Shown piece by piece: positions 57,381 through 64,000 of a DNA stretch of 64,000 nt. Where the stretch lies: IMG/VR virus record IMGVR_UViG_3300048854_000081, positions 160,001 through 224,000 of that record, one strand, 5' to 3'. The DNA is from a virus. Its lineage: Duplodnaviria; Caudoviricetes. The notes beneath the pieces are model-generated. The model was not told the origin of the DNA. It did no database searches and worked only from the letters and a program-made list of their open reading frames with translations. The translations under genes were made by a program, and so were the position numbers. Every line of letters begins with the position of its first letter. Position 1 is the first letter of the stretch.

Positions 57381-58163
57381 ATGACTACTATTGATCAGGG
57401 TGAACTACTTGCCCATTACGAAAACGTTCTAGCTCGTTTTGACAACGTTCTTGCTGAACATTTTTTCGACTATAAAGAATACAAGAAGGCTGGATTCGCC
57501 CTGACATTTCAGACCACTATCAAGCAGTTGAGCGATGTTTTGATGTTCGATGAACTCGATGTTGTTGAACTGATTGAAGTCCTTGAAAACGATTTTGATA
57601 TTAATATTCCTGATGGTGTGTTCGAATCATGGAATATTGCTTTGGACCTTGCCCGTTACATTGGTGATGCCACTTTTGAAGGTGAGCCTGAACTACTGGA
57701 TACGGTCGATGCCACGGATGACGGTATTGATCCAGATACCATCCTTGGTAATCTTCTACTTCCTTCGGTTGAAGAGCATGGTCGCTTCATTGAAATTGCT
57801 GGCGTCACTGTTACTGAAGCCAGAGAATTGGTTAATGATTTTGCCGATAAGGTTGCTTCCCGTCGCAAGACCAAGCTTTACAAGGGTCTTACCGATGCTG
57901 ATTCGATGGATTTCTTCTACAACTTCATCGATGCCAGCAAGACCAATGCGGATTTCGATCACAAGCTGACGGTTGAACTATTCGCACTGTCCGAGTCGCA
58001 CGTCCCAACCTATCGTGGCCTACGTGCTTTCTACATCAATCCGAAGGTCATCGGTGTCGGTACTACCGTTATCTTTAACAAGAATTGGGCAACGCTCAAC
58101 TTCAGTGAAAACGGTATCGGAGAACGCTTGGCTGAGCTACAAGCAGAATACGAAAACGCGTAA
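57381..58163 (+). CDS. Acidic protein with an acyl-carrier-protein-like domain lacking the Ser attachment site
   Basis: LMFDELDVVELIEVLENDFDINIPD versus ACP consensus LGxDSLDxVELxxxLExxFxIxIPD. Confidence 0.55.
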   Translation: MTTIDQGELLAHYENVLARFDNVLAEHFFDYKEYKKAGFALTFQTTIKQLSDVLMFDELDVVELIEVLENDFDINIPDGVFESWNIALDLARYIGDATFEGEPELLDTVDATDDGIDPDTILGNLLLPSVEEHGRFIEIAGVTVTEARELVNDFADKVASRRKTKLYKGLTDADSMDFFYNFIDASKTNADFDHKLTVELFALSESHVPTYRGLRAFYINPKVIGVGTTVIFNKNWATLNFSENGIGERLAELQAEYENA

Positions 58164-58212
58164 ACACAAAGGGCTGGGTTATCCAGCCCTTTCTTATTAG
58201 GAGATAGTCAAA

Positions 58213-59613
58213 ATGACTAAGAAAATTGCACTCATCGGTGGTGGAACGTTTTCACACGTTCGCAATCACCTATCTATTTCTGCACCAGCATTCGGTGCAA
58301 CAGTCAATACACTTGAAGTCATGTTCAAGGAAAGATTGAATCAGAATAAGGTTTTTAACGATAGATTGTCGGTATTAGATAATGTGTCAGATTCAGCATT
58401 TGCCAGAGCGGCTCAACAACTAAAAGCGGAGCATGGTCGTCCATATTATGATGTGGTGAAATATCTCACCAAAATGGCTGATCCTTTGTCCACGATAGTT
58501 ACGAATAAAGATGTTTCAGATTTGGTAGATCGCCTCATTGCCGATCCTGAAGTACGTGTGATCGTCTTCAATCCAGCCCTTGTGGATTTTGATGGAAGTA
58601 TCGGTGGGGTGCCATCCGGAAAGCATGCTGACCGTTTGCGTACGGACAAGGGTAACCAGATAATGGAGTTGACTCCTGCCGATAAGATCATCGGTCGTAT
58701 TCGTAAAGAACGTAAGGATGTCTTCGTTATTGGTTTCAAGACCACTTCGGATTCTATTCCGGATGAACAGTATCAGCGTGGTCTTGAATTGCTTAAGAAG
58801 AATTCTCTAAATCTTGTGGTTGCCAATGATACGGTCACGCGCAATAACATGATCATTGCTCCGGAAGAGACCCGCTACATGGAAACCGGCAATCGCATTG
58901 AGTTGTTGACCTTCCTGACCGATATGGTACTGTCACGCGTTGAGAATAAGTTTACGCGTTCCACGGTCGTGGATGGTGATCCGGTAGACTGGAATGGTCC
59001 GGATGTCTCTGACGCACTGCGCACCATCGTTAATCATTGTATTAAGCAAGGAGCGTACAAGCCTTTCTTGGGTAAGACTGCTGGGCACTTCGCCTCTAAG
59101 GTCAATGAAACTCAGATTCTTACCAGCATCCGCAAGTCCAATTACAATGAACTGGACAAGGTTGGTCTGGTGCGTGTCGATTCTAAGAATGCTGATGAAG
59201 TGATCGCCCATGGGTTCAAGCCATCCGTAGGTGGACAATCACAGCGAATCATTTTCCGTGAGCATCCAGAAATGGATAGCATCGTTCATTTCCATTGTGC
59301 TCCTAAACCAGAGATTGAACAGCGTGCTTGGTTTAACGACACAGGTCGTGTAGACGATGATGTTGTGGTTGACCATACGATTGTCTCTGTTCGTTCACAG
59401 TGGCAGAACGAGTGTGGGAGTCACCAGTGTGGACAGAATACGTCTAGCGGCCTTGTCAAGGTCGATCTTGGCGACGGAGACATTATCAAGGTTGTCTATC
59501 TGGATCAGCATGGTCCGAACATCGTGTTCAACCATAACATTAATCCGCAGAAAGTCATTGACTACATTGATCGTACCTTTGATCTTCACGGTAAGACGGG
59601 CGGATTGGTGTGA
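58213..59613 (+). CDS. CoaB/Dfp-like domain fused to a class II aldolase/adducin-like domain
   Basis: IGGGT, PALVDF, FVIGFKTT, LVVAND; KPSV..IFREHPEMDSIVHFH..HG. Confidence 0.65.
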   Translation: MTKKIALIGGGTFSHVRNHLSISAPAFGATVNTLEVMFKERLNQNKVFNDRLSVLDNVSDSAFARAAQQLKAEHGRPYYDVVKYLTKMADPLSTIVTNKDVSDLVDRLIADPEVRVIVFNPALVDFDGSIGGVPSGKHADRLRTDKGNQIMELTPADKIIGRIRKERKDVFVIGFKTTSDSIPDEQYQRGLELLKKNSLNLVVANDTVTRNNMIIAPEETRYMETGNRIELLTFLTDMVLSRVENKFTRSTVVDGDPVDWNGPDVSDALRTIVNHCIKQGAYKPFLGKTAGHFASKVNETQILTSIRKSNYNELDKVGLVRVDSKNADEVIAHGFKPSVGGQSQRIIFREHPEMDSIVHFHCAPKPEIEQRAWFNDTGRVDDDVVVDHTIVSVRSQWQNECGSHQCGQNTSSGLVKVDLGDGDIIKVVYLDQHGPNIVFNHNINPQKVIDYIDRTFDLHGKTGGLV

Positions 59614-59939
59614 ACAAATTTATCAAAATTAATGACACATTATATAATGTAGATGATATCTTGTTTGTAGATGCCTCGCTGGTCGAAGATTTGATTCTGA
59701 CAGTTTATCCTAAGGATCGAATGCCGGTTGAAGCATCTGGTTTAGAAGCCATTGACATTATTATGACACTTAAACCATCATTGTTTGAAGGCAAGAGACT
59801 ACGTTTTCCAAAACGAATGTGGATTGTCCATAATCTCATTGCCCATCCATTGATGCAGCTATTGGCTTTGGTTGGGTTTCGCAAACAAGCGTTATGGTTA
59901 CATGAAGTAACCGTACCACGTCCACTAGGAAAACGTTAA
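59610..59939 (+). CDS. Hypothetical protein
   Basis: WIVHNLIAHPLMQ..LHEVTVP; operon overlap. Confidence 0.55.
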   Translation: MNKFIKINDTLYNVDDILFVDASLVEDLILTVYPKDRMPVEASGLEAIDIIMTLKPSLFEGKRLRFPKRMWIVHNLIAHPLMQLLALVGFRKQALWLHEVTVPRPLGKR

Positions 59940-60547
59940 TGTTTCCATACGAAATTCATCTTACATTAGAAGATGTCACCAATATAGATGCACTGAGTGA
60001 CTATTGTAAGAAGATAGGTAATGTAAAGCCAGTCATCCTTGATCTATACACAAACAAGAACACATATCATCAAGTAACAACCTCGACCACCTTGCATGAT
60101 TTAGATAATGCTAATCTGGCAATGGATCATGCCATTCATCTTGTTCAGAATTTTTCCATTGCTGGCTACAAGGTTTCCCGCGTCAAGCTTGAGACCGTGC
60201 CGTGGAATCCGATGACTCGCGGTGACACTACTACACAGAAGAATACATACTTCGAAACCCACTACACCTTTGAAGTCGATGAGAAGCGTGAGGTTGAACT
60301 CCGTAAGACATGTGGACAAGGCAAGCTGAAGCTTAGTAGGAATTGCCTTAAGGTAGATAAGGAAGGCACCAAGAAGTACATGGGCACGCTACGCACCTAC
60401 AACAATCCGCTCACCATCCATGAAGAAGAGCTTCATGATGCAGAACGTTGGATGGCAGACAACGATTTCAATTTTCTTAAGAAGATTACTGAGTACGCTT
60501 GGTATGACTCAAACGTAAGACTCGATAAAGAATGGCTTGAAGCATAA
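59939..60547 (+). CDS. Hypothetical protein (duplicated EIHLT/ETHY ferredoxin-like halves)
   Basis: YEIHLT, RVKLETVPW, YFETHY, EYAWYDSN. Confidence 0.55.
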   Translation: MFPYEIHLTLEDVTNIDALSDYCKKIGNVKPVILDLYTNKNTYHQVTTSTTLHDLDNANLAMDHAIHLVQNFSIAGYKVSRVKLETVPWNPMTRGDTTTQKNTYFETHYTFEVDEKREVELRKTCGQGKLKLSRNCLKVDKEGTKKYMGTLRTYNNPLTIHEEELHDAERWMADNDFNFLKKITEYAWYDSNVRLDKEWLEA

Positions 60548-60572
60548 ATATTCTTATTAAGATGAGAATATA

Positions 60573-60935
60573 ATGTTTACACTGATCGAAAGCCTTAATA
60601 CATCTGTTGCGGAAGCCTTGGAACGTAGAGCGCCTATTATGAAGGCATCTGTCAGCGATCCAAGTCAGCCGTCTGCATATGCTAAGGCTATCGACGTTCA
60701 GCATCTTCCACAGAAAGACACGGCTTTCATCGCCAAGCGTTTGATAACCCAGCTTCTTTCTCAGTTTAAATCAAAGTTTGATTTTCAATTTGAAAGCAAA
60801 GAAGATGGTATTTTCAATAATTTGTTAATCAAAGCAACTACGCAGTCTGCAAAGCCTAAGCTTATCCAAATTGAAATCTCTCAGCTAACAACTGACGACA
60901 TAGAATCCATCAAGAAAGCATTCTATTCCTACTAA
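60573..60935 (+). CDS. Late hypothetical protein
   Basis: ATAAATA at 60544. Confidence 0.5.
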   Translation: MFTLIESLNTSVAEALERRAPIMKASVSDPSQPSAYAKAIDVQHLPQKDTAFIAKRLITQLLSQFKSKFDFQFESKEDGIFNNLLIKATTQSAKPKLIQIEISQLTTDDIESIKKAFYSY

Positions 60936-60987
60936 TTGACAACTAGTTCAAATCAATTTATACTATTCCCTTCACAAGGATTAGCCA

Positions 60988-61235
60988 TGACACCTGAAGA
61001 ATTTCCACAGATTTCAATCAACAACCGTAAAGCCTTAGAAAAGCTTGGCCCAATGGGTACTTGCTCATGCTATTACTGTCTCCGCCATTCCTTTATTGGG
61101 GAAATCACCCAGTGGGTAGGTGATATGGCTCTATGTCCAGCCTGCAACATTGATGCTGTTCTTCCCGGTGAAGTAGATCGTGAGATTCTTACGAAAGGTC
61201 GCCAGCGTTGGTTCGGTGACGGTAGCCATGGCTAA
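60988..61235 (+). CDS. Small zinc-finger protein
   Basis: CSCYYC..CPACNIDAVLP. Confidence 0.6.
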
Positions 61236-61653
61236 GGAAGCAGATAAGCCAACCAAGAAATGGCTTAAGATGGGTGAAGTTTATAAATTCTTTGCTAAAG
61301 ATTTTGATCAGGCTGATTTCTCTGACAGAGCAAAGTTGGATATGTTCAAAGCCGAATCATATGGTGGAGAGTTCAATTTCGAATACAGAGAGTTTCGTAA
61401 TGGTAAACTCAACGGATATGCTGTAGGTAAACACCTTATGGATATTCAGTTAGCCATGTGGAACGAGGACTTGACGCAATTCGGTCAACTGACCAGACGT
61501 GAGTTAATGCTTGATAAAGCACTTGAACCTATCCGAGAATTTCTGTTAGAATGGTTTGGATGGACTCAAGATGACATTGATCACTTGACAAATTTTAAAT
61601 CAGTAGGTATGGTCAACATACCGGAAAGTGTATTTCAAAAAATTAAAATCTGA
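61228..61653 (+). CDS. Hypothetical protein
   Basis: ORF track; likely start MAKEADK. Confidence 0.5.
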   Translation: MAKEADKPTKKWLKMGEVYKFFAKDFDQADFSDRAKLDMFKAESYGGEFNFEYREFRNGKLNGYAVGKHLMDIQLAMWNEDLTQFGQLTRRELMLDKALEPIREFLLEWFGWTQDDIDHLTNFKSVGMVNIPESVFQKIKI

Positions 61654-61669
61654 TATAAATAGTCCAAAT

Positions 61670-61744
61670 GCTGGTATCATATAACGGTAGTATGATTCTT
61701 TTGTAAGGAATTCGTGACAGTTCGATTCTAGTCTATCAGCACCA
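61670..61744 (+). tRNA. tRNA-Thr(TGT), bulged T stem
   Basis: ATTCT-TTTGTAA-GGAAT, ACCA; TATAAATA at 61654. Confidence 0.7.
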
Positions 61745-61749
61745 TATTC

Positions 61750-61826
61750 GCCGCCTTAGCTCAGCCCGGTAGAGCAACCGCCTTGTAAGCGGTAGGTCAT
61801 CTGTTCGAATCAGATAGGCGGCACCA
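61750..61826 (+). tRNA. tRNA-Thr(TGT)
   Basis: ACCGC-CTTGTAA-GCGGT, ACCA. Confidence 0.9.
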
Positions 61827-61836
61827 TTTGTAAATT

Positions 61837-62322
61837 ATGAATACTTGTTTAAATTGTAAAATAGAAATACCAAAATCACAAAAATATTGTGGTAGATCAT
61901 GTGCTGTTACATGTAATAATGCTAAACGAAAGCTTGTTAAAAATGAAGTTTGTAAAGCATGTGGTACAACGGTACATAATCAAACATACTGTAGTAAAGA
62001 TTGCTATAATAAGTTTAAGAAAAATAAAAAATATAATGACTGGCTATACCACGGTGGAATGGTAGGTGTTAGAGTATTAAGATTATATCTTATTATTTTG
62101 TTATCTCATAGGTGTACGAAATGTACGCACTCTGAATGGAATGGTCAGCCTATTCCACTTGAAGTAGAACATATTGATGGTAATAGCGAAAATAATTTGA
62201 TTTCTAATTTAACTCTATTATGTCCTAATTGTCATGCTCAGACATCTACATACAAAAATAAAAATAAAGGTAATGGACGCCACGCACGTAGGCAACGCTA
62301 CCAAGAAGGTAAAAGTTATTAG
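61837..62322 (+). mobile_element. Free-standing HNH homing endonuclease with N-terminal Zn-finger repeats
   Basis: CLNC..YCGRSC; PLEVEHIDGNSENNLISNLTLLCPNCHAQT. Confidence 0.88.
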
Positions 62323-62396
62323 CCCGTGTATTTCAATTGGAAGAATAGCTGTTTCGTAATCAGCAGGCGGGGGTTCGAATCCCTCCATGGGCACCA
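62322..62396 (+). tRNA. tRNA-Thr(CGT)
   Basis: GCCCGTG/CATGGGC acceptor, loop TT-CGT-AA, ACCA. Confidence 0.82.
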
Positions 62397-62454
62397 AGCT
62401 TGATTTAAATCTCGATCCACTTCATAATGCCTCGTCTATAACGAGGCATTTTTT

Positions 62455-62703
62455 ATGGGTTATCATATAGCTAAAATTAAAAAGGGAACCATCGGTGAAG
62501 TTTCTAAGATTCAAGAAGAACTTGATGAGCTAAAGGATGCTCTCCAACAAGATGCCGATATTATGGCTTTGGTTGAGCTATCGGATTTGTATGGCGCTAT
62601 TCAAGCATTTTTGGAACACAACTATCCTGATATGACTATGATTGATCTTAGAATTATGTCTGACATCACTCGTTCTGCCTTTAAAAGTGGTGATAGAAAA
62701 TGA
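62455..62703 (+). CDS. Small MazG/PRA-PH-like protein
   Basis: KIQEELDEL..VELSDLYGAI. Confidence 0.6.
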   Translation: MGYHIAKIKKGTIGEVSKIQEELDELKDALQQDADIMALVELSDLYGAIQAFLEHNYPDMTMIDLRIMSDITRSAFKSGDRK

Positions 62704-63386
62704 ACCTAAGTGAAGTCACGATTAATTATTTTCTCCTTAGCCAAGCCATTTCTTATTATACTGAATTAGGTTATGAATATGTTGAAGTGCCTTGGAACGT
62801 TTCCAAAGTGGCATCCAATTTGACCTGTCAGAATGATAGCTATATTTTCTGTCTCGACGATGGATCGACCATGGTAGGTTCGGCAGAACAATCATTCATT
62901 GAATTGCTCCGTCATACGGATCGAATCACGCACCTTAAGAAATACATGACTGTCACTCCTTGCTTCCGTAGAGAACAAGACGACGAAACTCATTGTGAGC
63001 AATTCATTAAATTAGAATTGTTTATCAGTGCAGGTACGACATTTGCAGCCAATGTTGATCAAGCCAATGATTACTTCTCTAAAATAGACTATGATGCTAA
63101 TCTTATGGGTGATGCTTATGAATGTTATAAATTCTTGGGATTAGAATCTGAAAACATTTTTACATCAACTATAGAAATGAATGATCCAAATCAACCAGTC
63201 GATCCACAGAAGGTTCTCACCCTTGAAAGTAGTGATATCCTTTACAAGCGTTCAGGGGATGATTATTTAGAATTAGGATCGTATGGCTACCGTAGATTTA
63301 TCATTCCTAAAATGGATGGTAATATCTATCACGAATATCAGTATGGTACAGGCATCGCCTTACCACGCTTTCAGTTGGTTTACTGA
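62700..63386 (+). CDS. Stand-alone class II aminoacyl-tRNA synthetase-like catalytic domain
   Basis: GYEYVEVPW (motif 1), SAEQ, TPCFRRE (motif 2), ELGSYG, GTGIALPR (motif 3). Confidence 0.7.
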   Translation: MNLSEVTINYFLLSQAISYYTELGYEYVEVPWNVSKVASNLTCQNDSYIFCLDDGSTMVGSAEQSFIELLRHTDRITHLKKYMTVTPCFRREQDDETHCEQFIKLELFISAGTTFAANVDQANDYFSKIDYDANLMGDAYECYKFLGLESENIFTSTIEMNDPNQPVDPQKVLTLESSDILYKRSGDDYLELGSYGYRRFIIPKMDGNIYHEYQYGTGIALPRFQLVY

Positions 63387-63415
63387 CCAATTGTTATAAA
63401 AAAGTAAAACCAGAC

Positions 63416-63444
63416 TTGACATAGTAAACTGTCCAGTCTATAAT
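63416..63444 (+). promoter_or_regulatory. Consensus sigma70 promoter
   Basis: TTGACA-N17-TATAAT. Confidence 0.85.
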
Positions 63445-63471
63445 ATCCGAATAACTTAACTAGGAGATACA

Positions 63472-64000
63472 ATGAATAAGTTTGCAATCGTAATGGGCAT
63501 CGCCCTCGCTCTATCCACCTCAGCCGCTATGGCAGAAGATTTCACCCAGCCAACCATCAGTGGTCAGGCCGGTGTTGATTCACGCTATGACTATCGTGGT
63601 CAGAAGTATTCCGATGATGCTTCCCTAGGTCTTGGCCTAAAGGTTAGCGACATTGGTATCAAGGGTATCTATGCTGCTGGTACTTTCAACAAGGTTGGTA
63701 ACACCTTCCCAACCAATGCTCAGACCCAGCTTCGCTCAGACGTTTCGGTAGGTTATGCCTTCGCCGCTACCGATAAGCTTGGCTTTGATGTCAGTGCTGC
63801 TCACGTTTATAATGCACCAGAATATCTAACCGTTCGCAACGGTAAGCTACGTGGTGGTGAGTACTCGGAAATCCGCGTCAAGGCTTCCTATGACGTTCTC
63901 TTCGCCGAAGTCGGTCAGGGCTGGGGTCCACTTCAGAATACCTACGCCAAGGTCGGTGTTGCCCTTCCTGTAACCTCTGCCCTAACTGTTGGTGCTGCCG
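63472..64000 (+). CDS. Outer-membrane beta-barrel protein (TorF/gcw_chp-like), partial
   Basis: AGGAG SD; signal peptide MNKFAIVMGIALALSTSAAMA; SRYDYRG motif; alternating beta-strands; runs off the right edge. Confidence 0.7.
   Translation, partial: MNKFAIVMGIALALSTSAAMAEDFTQPTISGQAGVDSRYDYRGQKYSDDASLGLGLKVSDIGIKGIYAAGTFNKVGNTFPTNAQTQLRSDVSVGYAFAATDKLGFDVSAAHVYNAPEYLTVRNGKLRGGEYSEIRVKASYDVLFAEVGQGWGPLQNTYAKVGVALPVTSALTVGAA

Noticed and set aside
1-64000. Stop-codon reassignment
   Set aside because: Genes are full-length and densely packed in the standard code, and no suppressor anticodon tRNA was seen

Overview
64 kb of a distantly T4-related jumbo myophage genome; the host is probably a Gram-negative proteobacterium, judging from sigma70 promoters, a lipoprotein and an outer-membrane beta-barrel. 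The left half holds a baseplate/tail module on the minus strand, including a >2200-aa ORF running off the window edge, then a gp26/gp51-like pair joined by a likely -1 frameshift. A RuvC-like nuclease, a structured non-coding origin candidate, DinG helicase, gp47/gp46, gp55 late sigma, probable tape measure, portal, prohead protease and a mucin-like protein follow. The right half is accessory: nucleotide/translation enzymes, three tRNA clusters with homing endonucleases, a Ter/TelA cluster, ClpP-like lipoprotein, glycosyltransferase, PARP, an ACP mimic, a CoaB-aldolase fusion and an aaRS-like protein. The top finding is an apparent ribosome-dependent transcription attenuator in front of the first tRNA cluster. 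Codons 2-17 of its 32-aa leader peptide use only Asn, Ile, Phe, His, Tyr, Asp and Lys, exactly the seven specificities of the tRNAs downstream, and they are followed by an antiterminator/terminator pair. This suggests a sensor that raises phage tRNA supply when host tRNAs are depleted. All calls come from reading the sequence by eye; no database searches were run.
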